Source: Holophagaceae bacterium
Lineage (GTDB): Bacteria > Acidobacteriota > Holophagae > Holophagales > Holophagaceae
DNA: 50,129 bases
Assembly: GCA_043784905.1 (NCBI GenBank)
Contig: JAYVXV010000108.1
Span: 1-50,129, forward strand
Reading direction: 5' to 3'
Positions 28,830-36,496 of this stretch are shown here, piece after piece. Position 1 is the stretch's first letter; each line of letters begins with the position of its first letter. A program made the position numbers and the translations under genes. The notes beneath the pieces were generated by a model that was not told the origin of the DNA, made no database searches, and was given only the letters and a program-made list of their open reading frames with translations.

Positions 28830-29284
28830 AGCCCGCCGTAAAACTCTGGATGCCCGTCGTCGCGCTGGTGCTGGCCATGAGCCCTCTGGTGGTGGTCCAC
28901 CCGCTGCACCTTTCGGGTCGCAGCATGGAGCCCACGCTGCGGAATGGGGAACTGCGTTGGGTGCTGCAAACGTGGTGCGCGAGCCCTCCCCAGCGAGGAG
29001 AAGTGTGGATTGTGGAGAGCCCCGATGGCGTTTCCATCAAGCGGGTGGTGGGCCTGCCCCGGGATCATGTGGAATCCAAAGATGGAGAAATCTTCATCAA
29101 CGGATTGCGTTTAGATGAATCCTACGTGCAGCGCGGCGATCATTGGAACGGCGTCTGGGACTGCGGGAATGGCTATCTCGCTTTAGGCGACAATCGCCCC
29201 GAAAGCCACGACGGACGGGCCTGGGGGGCGCTTCCGAGGTCCGCGTTTCGGGGCCGCGTGCTGGGTCTTCATACCAGGTTGTGA
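28826..29284 (+). CDS. lepB: Signal peptidase I (S26)
   Basis: Catalytic Ser box SGRSMEPTL, Lys box IKRVVGLPRD, and GDNRPESHDGR. GTG start overlapping the upstream stop (GTGA). Confidence 0.8.
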   Translation: MKPAVKLWMPVVALVLAMSPLVVVHPLHLSGRSMEPTLRNGELRWVLQTWCASPPQRGEVWIVESPDGVSIKRVVGLPRDHVESKDGEIFINGLRLDESYVQRGDHWNGVWDCGNGYLALGDNRPESHDGRAWGALPRSAFRGRVLGLHTRL

Positions 29285-29288
29285 TCAG

Positions 29289-29640
29289 AAAAATATTTCA
29301 CCACAGAGGACACCGAGAACTGCAAAACAGGTGTGACGCATTCCCCAATGCTGATACCTAGAAGAGACCCATCATGCCATCTTCGCGGACGAAATTCAGG
29401 CGGCCCGGCGGCGGCCTCACGCCTTGGTGCCCAAGGGTATAAAGGGCCCTAACTGAACCGCCAGAAAAACACTGGTGATTCACCAAGGGCCCCTAATGTG
29501 GTCCGCGTCGGACCACCTGAATTTGGGGGTCTTCGACCCGCAAGCGCTCTGCGCCTCGCGAAGCGATTTCGAGATGAAATCGTGGATGATGGAGCTTCGT
29601 GTTTTCTTGGTGTCTTCGTGTCTTGGTGGTGAGTTTTTAT
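29289..29640 (-). repeat. Word-arm palindromic element, long form with conserved core (core 29364-29573, minus orientation)
   Basis: The ends aaaaatatttcaccacagaggacaccgagaactgc (29289-29323) and gcttcgtgttttcttggtgtcttcgtgtcttggtggtgagtttttat (to 29640) are an imperfect inverted repeat. The core aligns in reverse complement with 33435-33577 and 46805-46870. The element overlaps the M61 stop codon (29637-29639). Confidence 0.85.
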
Positions 29641-31523
29641 TTCACGACCTTTGGCGTGTCTTCGCGGTGTTTGGCGGTCAGGATTTCAGATAAGCGATCC
29701 ACGGTTCCATCCATGCGAATCAAGCGTGGGTAACGTTCTCCGCCGTGGTAATCCACTTTGGACGTCTTGATGAAGGACCCGTTTTCGGTGATGAGATCAA
29801 TGGGTGCGGAAGACATTTTAGAATCTTTGAGAGCCTGATGAAGGCCATCGGTGGACCATTTGCGTCCGTTCACCGCGATGACTTTCATGCCGGGAACGAG
29901 GCCCGCCTCGGCTGCGGGAGAGCCCGACAGCACATCGTTAATGGCGCCTTCGGCGCTTAGAAAAAGGCCAATGGAATAGCTGACATCTGCACTTTTATTG
30001 TTGGTTTCCCGAGCCTTCCACAAATCGGTGGGCTCCTCGGAGTAGGCCAGTTTCCATCCACCCCGCTCGATGCCGCCCATGGGGGCGTGGGCCCCTTTGG
30101 AATCGAGCCGCAATCGAAGAAATGCTGCCCAATTATTGGGCACGACTTGGTTGAGGGCCATCACGATGTCATCAAACGTGTAGGGCTTCAGCACGGGAGA
30201 ACCACTGGGGGCGCCGTGAAAGGCTTGGCAGAAGGTATCCAAAGACTTCTGATTTTTTGTCAGCTCCCGGATGGTGGTGTCCACATCGAGCCAGATGAGT
30301 TGGCCTTCGGGGTAGAAGTCCACGCCGCGCCTTGCTGAAGCCCCGGCGCCGGACGCGTTGTAGAGGATTTGCGCTTCATCGCAGGTGTCCTGCAAGGGGC
30401 GCCAGGTGCGGCCCGGTTCGGTGTCAAGGGCGGCGGCGACCATGGCTAAATCATCACGGTAATCCTGCGCCGTCCATAGGCCGCTTCGAGCGGTGAGGAC
30501 TGAGCCCAAGTATTGTGTCAGGCCTTCGTAAACCCACAGCAGATCACCTTTCATGGGTGTATCAAAGTTGCCGGTAGCCAACCCAGAAGGCCGCCGAAAC
30601 TTTCCGTTCCAGCTATGGACCATCTCGTGGGGCAGAAGGCCCGATGTGGTCTTCAAAAGGCTTGGATCAATGAGTGAACGCTCGGAGGTACGGTCGTCAC
30701 TGCTCTCGTGGTGCTCCAATCCAAAATGCGCAACGTTGTCACTTAGCGTGTAAAGAAAATCGTAATGGTTGTAGTGCCGCGCACCGAAGAGATCGCCACT
30801 TTCAGCCACGAGATTTTTGTAGTGCTGGAGGGTCCCCGGCGTCATGGCCAGGGCCTCGGCGCTATCCGCCGCGAGGTCCAGATGATGGGCGCGACCCATG
30901 CTCATGCCGAGATCAATTTGTTTGAAATGGGCACCTGCCAGGATGGGAGAATCCACCAGGGTGGTGAGGCTGATGGCCTTGAACGTGAAAGTGCTGCCGA
31001 CGTGGCCGCTCCCTTCCAGCGCCGTTCCGAAGGCCCAACCGTCGGGCAATTTCAGGCTGGCTTCATAGCGGAGGTCGTCGCTTTGCGAGCCCTTGGGATA
31101 GAACAGGACCTGGTTCCAGCTCAGCACCGCGAGTTTTTCCGACATCGAAGAGCCTGCGGAAAATCCGCCCGCCGCCGCTGGCGACAAGAAATCCAGGCTC
31201 ACCTCAACGGCGCTCGCGCCCGGTGGAACCTCAAGGTGGATGGCGTACATATCCACAAGATCACGCCGCCACGACAGCGCCTTTCCATTGGCGTTGAAAT
31301 GGAGATTCACCAAATCCGTGATGGGTCCTGAAGGACCGTGCTCGCCAGGAATCCATTGCGGGTAGAGCAGCGTCAAAGGCCCAGCCTTGGCGGGGATGGC
31401 GAGTTTGGCGTGGAGGATGTGCCGGGGCGCGTCCGTGGCGTCCAGGGCAATCGTGATGGGGGCCTTGGTCGCTTGGGCACCTAGGACCAAGCTGAGGGAA
31501 AGTCCAAAAAATAAGCGATGCAT
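29637..31523 (-). CDS. M61 family glycyl aminopeptidase with C-terminal PDZ domain, secreted
   Basis: HExxH motif HEMVHSWNGK, PDZ-like AGLVPGMKVIAVNGRKW, signal peptide MHRLFFGLSLSLVLGAQA. The ATG at 31521-31523 is preceded by GGAGG. Confidence 0.85.
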   Translation of the reverse strand: MHRLFFGLSLSLVLGAQATKAPITIALDATDAPRHILHAKLAIPAKAGPLTLLYPQWIPGEHGPSGPITDLVNLHFNANGKALSWRRDLVDMYAIHLEVPPGASAVEVSLDFLSPAAAGGFSAGSSMSEKLAVLSWNQVLFYPKGSQSDDLRYEASLKLPDGWAFGTALEGSGHVGSTFTFKAISLTTLVDSPILAGAHFKQIDLGMSMGRAHHLDLAADSAEALAMTPGTLQHYKNLVAESGDLFGARHYNHYDFLYTLSDNVAHFGLEHHESSDDRTSERSLIDPSLLKTTSGLLPHEMVHSWNGKFRRPSGLATGNFDTPMKGDLLWVYEGLTQYLGSVLTARSGLWTAQDYRDDLAMVAAALDTEPGRTWRPLQDTCDEAQILYNASGAGASARRGVDFYPEGQLIWLDVDTTIRELTKNQKSLDTFCQAFHGAPSGSPVLKPYTFDDIVMALNQVVPNNWAAFLRLRLDSKGAHAPMGGIERGGWKLAYSEEPTDLWKARETNNKSADVSYSIGLFLSAEGAINDVLSGSPAAEAGLVPGMKVIAVNGRKWSTDGLHQALKDSKMSSAPIDLITENGSFIKTSKVDYHGGERYPRLIRMDGTVDRLSEILTAKHREDTPKVVK

Positions 31524-31542
31524 GGTGGGCCTCCAAAAGGCG

Positions 31543-31808
31543 GTCAAAAAAGCGTATCTGGTCACAGAAGACGCAGAAGCTCGCAGAAGACTAAGGAATC
31601 ACAGGTTCAGCGCCACGTCCAGCAGGGGCCTTTGGATGCGGGCGCGGCCTTGGATCGCTTTTGGGGCGAATCCGATGGCCGCGCCCGCATCACCGCCGCT
31701 CGCGGCGGTCTCGCCCGCCTTCAGGCGAGCGGCCCCTGCGCGCTGTGGCCCGTTGCATTCTGCGGACTCCCTCTTGATTCTGTGCCTTCCGTGTCCAGTG
31801 ATTTTGGG
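31543..31808. repeat. Word-arm palindromic element (words CRCAGAAG / TTCTGYG) with GC-rich core hairpin
   Basis: The left arm gtcaaaaaagcgtatctggtcacagaagacgcagaagctcgcagaagac (31543-31591) pairs with the right arm gcattctgcggactccctcttgattctgtgccttccgtgtccagtgattttggg (31755-31808). In the core, gatgcgggcgcggcc (31635-31649) pairs perfectly with 31677-31691. Confidence 0.65.
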
Positions 31809-31882
31809 CTGGGGTTCATGGGTAATCAGGAAAGCTTAGCGCCGGATTCTCGCTATTCTTTCCGTTTGCCTTGGAGTCCTGC

Positions 31883-33193
31883 GTGGATCGTCTTGTCATC
31901 ACTGGTGGAAGCCCCCTGCGGGGCCGCATTCGCGTTTCGGGCGCCAAGAATGCCGCATTGCCCTGCATCGCCGCAGCCCTATTGAGCGCGGAGCTAGTGA
32001 CGCTTACGCACCTACCTGCGGTGTCGGATATTCGCACCATGTTGAAGGTGCTAGAGGCCCTGGGTTGTAGCGTGGAGCGCAGCACGGACGAGGACGGCTT
32101 GCAGTACACCGCCGCCATCTGTGCCGCCGATCTGGAGCAAGGTGAGCTGAAGGCGCCCTACGAATTGGTGAAGACCATGCGCGCCAGCATTCTGGTGCTG
32201 GGGCCGTTGCTCGCGCGATTCGGCCGCGCCACCGTATCGTTGCCCGGCGGCTGTGCCATTGGCGCAAGGCCCATCAATCTCCACCTCGAAGCCCTCACGC
32301 GCATGGGCGCCCACATCGAAATCACCCAAGGTTATGTCGAAGCCAAAGTTCCTGGAGGAAAGCTTCAGGCCATTGATCACACCTTCGAGAAAGTCAGCGT
32401 CGGCGCCACTGAAAACACCTTGCTCGCGGCGACCTTGGCGGAGGGCACCACCATCCTGCGCAACGCTGCGCTAGAGCCCGAGATTGGCGATCTCGCGGTG
32501 CTATTGAACAAGATGGGGGCCTCCATCGAGGGCCTGGGAACCAGTACGTTGACGATCCATGGCGTGAAAGCTTTGCATGGCGCCGAACACGCGACCATCC
32601 CTGATCGTATTGAGGCGGGAACGCACCTTTGTGCGGTGGCGATTTCGGGTGGCGACGTGGTGCTCGATCGGGTGCGTCCCGATGATCTGCGTTCGTTGAT
32701 AGACCTGCTCGAGCGCATGGGTTGTCTGATTACCGAACGCGATGGTTCCGAAGGCCGCCAGCTTCGGATCCAGCGGGAACCCGCACAAAAGCTGCGCGCG
32801 CGGGATATTACTACTGCTCCATTCCCATCTTTCCCGACCGACCTGCAAGCTCAAGTAATGGCCGTGATGACTCAAGCTCACGGCATCAGCGTCATCAAAG
32901 AAACCATCTTCGAGAACCGTTTCCAGCACGCCATGGAATTGGAAAGACTGGGCGCGAACCTACGCATTGATGGTGGCACTGCCATCGTCGCAGGCCCCGC
33001 AAAATTGACCGGATGCACCGTCATGGCCACGGATTTGCGAGCCTCGGCAACGCTAGTCCTGGCGGGCCTGGTGGCCGAAGGCGAGACCACCGTGGACCGT
33101 ATTTACCACTTGGATCGCGGCTACGCAGGCCTCGAAAAAAAGCTGCAAGGCGTAGGCGCCCGCATCGAGCGCGTGGGCGGCGGGAGCGTGTAA
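31883..33193 (+). CDS. murA: UDP-N-acetylglucosamine 1-carboxyvinyltransferase
   Basis: Starts (V/M)DRLVITGGSPLRGRIRVSGAKNAALP. Active-site Cys loop LPGGCAIGARPINLH. The GTG at 31883 has GGAG 6 nt upstream. The ORF track start TTG 31871 is an alternative. Confidence 0.95.
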   Translation: MDRLVITGGSPLRGRIRVSGAKNAALPCIAAALLSAELVTLTHLPAVSDIRTMLKVLEALGCSVERSTDEDGLQYTAAICAADLEQGELKAPYELVKTMRASILVLGPLLARFGRATVSLPGGCAIGARPINLHLEALTRMGAHIEITQGYVEAKVPGGKLQAIDHTFEKVSVGATENTLLAATLAEGTTILRNAALEPEIGDLAVLLNKMGASIEGLGTSTLTIHGVKALHGAEHATIPDRIEAGTHLCAVAISGGDVVLDRVRPDDLRSLIDLLERMGCLITERDGSEGRQLRIQREPAQKLRARDITTAPFPSFPTDLQAQVMAVMTQAHGISVIKETIFENRFQHAMELERLGANLRIDGGTAIVAGPAKLTGCTVMATDLRASATLVLAGLVAEGETTVDRIYHLDRGYAGLEKKLQGVGARIERVGGGSV

Positions 33194-33244
33194 CTCAGCA
33201 TTTCAGATGGGCACAGCCGTGAGAAAATGCGTTCTATTTTTTTT

Positions 33245-33360
33245 AAAACTCACCACCAGGGCACAAAGGCGGCGCAGACCGGGTGCATGCGAGGTGATGC
33301 TCAACATCGCGGAATGCGCTCGTATTCATTCATGAGTTCTCGGTGTCTCGAGGTGATACC
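33245..33360. repeat. Word-arm element related to the termini of the 29289-29640 copy
   Basis: aaaactcaccaccagggcacaaagg (33245-) matches aaaactcaccaccaagacacgaag, the reverse complement of 29611-29634. gttctcggtgtctcgaggtga (33336-) matches gttctcggtgtcctctgtggtga, the reverse complement of 29298-29320. The core of about 65 nt is different. Confidence 0.5.
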
Positions 33361-33365
33361 AAGTC

Positions 33366-33699
33366 GCGTTCAAAAAGATAAAATGAATCCACAGATGAAC
33401 ACAGATTCACACAGATGCAATTTCGTGATCCCGTCCCGAAATTGCTTCGCGAGGCGCGTAGCGACTGCGGGTCAAAAACCCGCAAATTCAGGGGGTCCGG
33501 CGCGGATCACACCAGGGCGTGAGGCCGACGCCGGACCCCCTGAATTTCATCCGCGAAGCTGGCGTGTGACGGGTCTCAAATACCGCGCCATCAGTGGCGA
33601 TAGGGCGAGGTACTTTGCATCTGTGTAATCTGTGTAATCTGTGTAATCTGTGTAATCTGCGGAATCTGCGGAATCTGTGGTTCCTATTCTTTTGAACGC
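33366..33699 (+). repeat. Word-arm palindromic element, long form with conserved core (core 33435-33577)
   Basis: The left arm gcgttcaaaaagataaaatgaatccacagatgaacacagattcacacagatgc and a right arm (33617-33699) ending ggaatctgtggttcctattcttttgaacgc are inverted. The core holds a perfect 19-bp stem (33484-33502 / 33529-33547). Confidence 0.85.
33619..33680. repeat. Tandem 9-mer array (ATCTGTGTA x4, ATCTGCGGA x2, ATCTGTGG)
   Basis: Direct reading gives 6.9 head-to-tail copies with period 9. The array forms the right arm of the element above. Confidence 0.9.
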
Positions 33700-33833
33700 G
33701 AATCCGTATGAGTCCATTATTGGGAACGCAAAACCGTATCATCCCCCGCGGGGTTTTCTCATGCGGATGAACAGCGCAAAGGGCGAGATGAGCAGCGCGG
33801 CGGTCAAGACAATGAGCAATAATTTCCCGACCA

Positions 33834-34352
33834 TTAGTAACGCAGAACACTGAAGACAGGCAGGCCGCCTAGTTTTTCGCGACCCTGCAATAAAGTGAGC
33901 TCGATGAAGAGCGTGAGTGCCAGGGCGTGGGCGCCGCTCTGCTCCACCAGTCGCCGCGCAGCCGCAGCCGTGCCGCCAGTGGCGAGCACATCATCCACGA
34001 TGAGCACCCGGTCACCCGCTTTGAACGCGTCCTGATGGATTTCTAACGCGTCTTCTCCGTACTCCAGCCCATACTTTTCCTGGAAGACTGCACAGGGCAA
34101 TTTCCCGGGTTTGCGGGCCGGGACGAATCCGAGATCCAGTTTTTTCGCCAGGGCTGCCCCAAAGATGAAGCCCCGTGCCTCGATCCCGAGAACGTGGGTC
34201 GTTTTGAGACTCAGAATAGGCTCAGCCATGGCGTCCATCGCGGCACGAAACGCGGATGGGTCGGCCCAAAGCGGCGTGACGTCCTTGAAAAGGATGCCGG
34301 GTTTTGGGAAGTCCGGTACGTCGCGAACAAATGTTTTGAAGTCATACGTCAT
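33834..34352 (-). CDS. apt: Adenine phosphoribosyltransferase
   Basis: 172 aa with PRPP-binding motif RVLIVDDVLATGGTAAA. N-terminus VPDFPKPGILFKDVTPL. Confidence 0.9.
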   Translation of the reverse strand: MTYDFKTFVRDVPDFPKPGILFKDVTPLWADPSAFRAAMDAMAEPILSLKTTHVLGIEARGFIFGAALAKKLDLGFVPARKPGKLPCAVFQEKYGLEYGEDALEIHQDAFKAGDRVLIVDDVLATGGTAAAARRLVEQSGAHALALTLFIELTLLQGREKLGGLPVFSVLRY

Positions 34353-34621
34353 GGTCGAATCTCGAAAGGTTGGGGAAGGGATTTTCCCTCATCCAGGGCC
34401 TGCCAGTCCAGCCCTGTCACCGATGCAAAGGCTGGACCTTTCAAGAGGGTGGCGTGGAAATCGGACAAGAGGGCATCGGGACCGCTGGCTTCACCACAGA
34501 CGGAACCATCGGGTTCATTGCTGACCCAACCCCTAAGATTGAGGCTGCGGGCTTCTTGACGCACGAAAAACCGATAACCCACACCCTGCACTTGACCTCG
34601 CACGCGAAAGGAAATCCTCAC
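34349..34621 (-). CDS. acyP: Acylphosphatase
   Basis: 90 aa containing VRGQVQGVGYRFFVRQEA...GWVSNEPDGSV. It has 4-nt overlaps with both neighbours. Confidence 0.85.
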   Translation of the reverse strand: MRISFRVRGQVQGVGYRFFVRQEARSLNLRGWVSNEPDGSVCGEASGPDALLSDFHATLLKGPAFASVTGLDWQALDEGKSLPQPFEIRP

Positions 34622-35376
34622 TGCGTGTTTCCATTGAACGTCGTGTCGAAGGCCTCACGTTTGGCGAGCATTTCGGGGCAGCCAAGGTCTAAATGCAAGG
34701 GCGTGACTGCCGCCCAGCCATCCAGGGCGGCTTCCGCATCGCTGCCTGGAGTCTTCGCGTAGGTAGGACCCAGATCCCCGCCGATCCAGTAGTAGGGCGT
34801 ACCGCGTGGATCCATGCGCTTCTCCACGATGTTGTGGTACTGCCGATTGTCTTGAGTGCAGAGCTTGAAACCCTTGGGTTCGCCTTTCGGGAAATTGAGA
34901 TTCCAAATGCGATTGGGGCCCAATTCCATGTGCTCCCAGCGGTGCAAAAAAGATTCAATCCAAGGCTCCACAACGGCCAGATCAGCCTTTGGATGCGCTG
35001 AGAACGCGGCACCCTTGGCGCCTTGCAGCACACCTTCAAAGGCTGCGCCAACGGTGCCGGAATAAAAGACATCTTCACCGAGGTTGAAACCATGGTTGAC
35101 ACCCGAAAGCACCCAGTCCGGCTTGTGGTCCAATACGGACCGGACGCCCAGCAATACACAGTCTACGGGGGTTCCATCGCAGGCGTAGCGGTCATCACCG
35201 AGGGGATGGAGGCGCAGGATTCCATGAAGAGAAAGCGCGCTGGAAACCGCCGAGCGATTACGGTCCGGCGCCACGGCCACCACCCGCCCAAAACGCGATG
35301 CCACCCGAGCCAGCAATTCCAATCCCGGCGCCCAAAGTCCGTCGTCGTTCGTGATGAGGATGAGCCGGTCGCGCAT
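34618..35376 (-). CDS. surE: 5'/3'-nucleotidase SurE
   Basis: N-terminus RLILITNDDGLWAPGLELL, then SGVNHGFNLGEDVFYSGTVGAA. Confidence 0.9.
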   Translation of the reverse strand: MRDRLILITNDDGLWAPGLELLARVASRFGRVVAVAPDRNRSAVSSALSLHGILRLHPLGDDRYACDGTPVDCVLLGVRSVLDHKPDWVLSGVNHGFNLGEDVFYSGTVGAAFEGVLQGAKGAAFSAHPKADLAVVEPWIESFLHRWEHMELGPNRIWNLNFPKGEPKGFKLCTQDNRQYHNIVEKRMDPRGTPYYWIGGDLGPTYAKTPGSDAEAALDGWAAVTPLHLDLGCPEMLAKREAFDTTFNGNTQ

Positions 35377-35419
35377 AGGAACGTCAGTGTAGTGCGAATC
35401 GAGCGGAGGCAGGCGCGGC

Positions 35420-35474
35420 TTGAAAAAAACTTAACGGAAAAGCACGAACACGAAAAACAAAGCCACGAAGCGCC
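35420..35474. repeat. Word-arm element, one-armed copy (words CACGAA)
   Basis: ttgaaaaaaacttaacggaaaagcacgaacacgaaaaacaaagccacgaagcgcc resembles the left arms at 46744-46790 and the reverse complement of 29590-29640. Confidence 0.4.
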
Positions 35475-35480
35475 TTGGGT

Positions 35481-36323
35481 TCAACGAATCCCTGCGGCCA
35501 TGTTTCGCAGCCTTTCAATGCGGGCTTCGATGGGCGGATGGGTGGAGAAGAGGCTCATCAGCCCGCCGCCTCGAAGGGGATTCACGATCATGAGGTGGGC
35601 GGTGGCGGGCTGGGCATCGTGCATGGGCGATGCCTGATTTAACCCTTCAATCTTTGCCAAGGCGCTCGCCAGTTCAAGGGGCCGGCCGGTGATTTGCGCG
35701 GAGTAGTCATCCGCCAAATACTCGCGGGAGCGGCTGAGGGCCAATTGCAGCACGGTCGCCGAGAGCGGCGCGAAGATCATGATGAGCACTCCCGCGATGG
35801 GGTTGGACCGACCTTCTTCGTCGCGCGGCATCACCCACATGGCCATGCGCGACATGAACATGATGGCCTGCACCAGCACCGCCGCGATGGAGCTGAGCAG
35901 GATGTCGCGATGCACCACATGGCCCAATTCGTGAGCTAACACGCCCTCCAGCTCGGCGTCGCTGAGTAAACGGAGAATGCCTTCGGTGACCGCCACGACT
36001 GCGTGTTCGGCGTTGCGGCCGGTGGCGAAAGCGTTGGGTGTGTCATCTGAAATCATCGCCAAGCGCGGCATGGGAATATTCGCTTTCGCCGCGAGCCGAG
36101 ATACCAGCAGATACAGATCCGGCGCGTCCTGTTGCTTCAGCATTTTCGCGCCATAAGAGGCCAGTACGATCTTGTCGGAGAAAAAGTAGCTGGTGAAATT
36201 CATGACCGCCGCGATGGCCAGCGCCACCAGAAGCCCATTGCCACCGGGATACATCATGTCCCCGATCCAAACCAGAAGCCCCGTGAGCAAGCCGATGATG
36301 ATGAGGGTTTTAACTTGGTTCAT
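35481..36323 (-). CDS. htpX: Zinc metalloprotease HtpX
   Basis: HExxH motif AHELGHVVHRD with TM segments on either side. C-terminus FSTHPPIEARIERL. The ATG at 36321-36323 is preceded by GGAG. Confidence 0.9.
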   Translation of the reverse strand: MNQVKTLIIIGLLTGLLVWIGDMMYPGGNGLLVALAIAAVMNFTSYFFSDKIVLASYGAKMLKQQDAPDLYLLVSRLAAKANIPMPRLAMISDDTPNAFATGRNAEHAVVAVTEGILRLLSDAELEGVLAHELGHVVHRDILLSSIAAVLVQAIMFMSRMAMWVMPRDEEGRSNPIAGVLIMIFAPLSATVLQLALSRSREYLADDYSAQITGRPLELASALAKIEGLNQASPMHDAQPATAHLMIVNPLRGGGLMSLFSTHPPIEARIERLRNMAAGIR

Positions 36324-36388
36324 GAAATCACTCCAGACCCAGTCTAATGAAAGGCACAAGACCGTGGGACTTGATGCTTAGGAGGCAT

Positions 36389-36489
36389 GAGTCTTGGGTC
36401 CCGAGTCCCGAGTCCTGAGTCCTGAGGTTCAATGAGGATGCGGCCAGAGGCGCCGCAAACCTGCCCAAGGACTCAGGACTCAGGACTCA
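36389..36489. repeat. Word-arm palindromic element (words GAGTCCY / GGACTCA, period 7)
   Basis: Left arm gagtcttgggtcccgagtcccgagtcctgagtcctgagg (36389-36427), 40-nt core, right arm aggactcaggactcaggactc (36468-36488). Confidence 0.75.
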
Positions 36490-36496
36490 ATAAAAC

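Noticed and set aside
33619-33680. CRISPR array considered for the tandem 9-mers (and for the 7-mers at 36389-36427)
   Set aside because: The units are 7-9 nt with no spacers, far below CRISPR repeat and spacer sizes. No cas genes are present in the window.
33600-33717. Possible small peptide on the minus strand reading the 9-mer array in frame (MDSYGFAFKRIGTTDSADSADYTDYTDYTDYTD..)
   Set aside because: The period of 9 keeps any frame open by construction. There is no Shine-Dalgarno upstream. Sister elements use 7- or 8-nt words that cannot encode a conserved peptide.
33227-33850. ORFs 33227-33628 (+) and 33488-33850 (-) in the murA-apt gap
   Set aside because: Both are translated straight through the palindromic repeat elements, giving for example RFRRFRRLHRLHRLHRLHR from the 9-mer array. 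They have no ribosome-binding site or recognisable domain, and they overlap each other.
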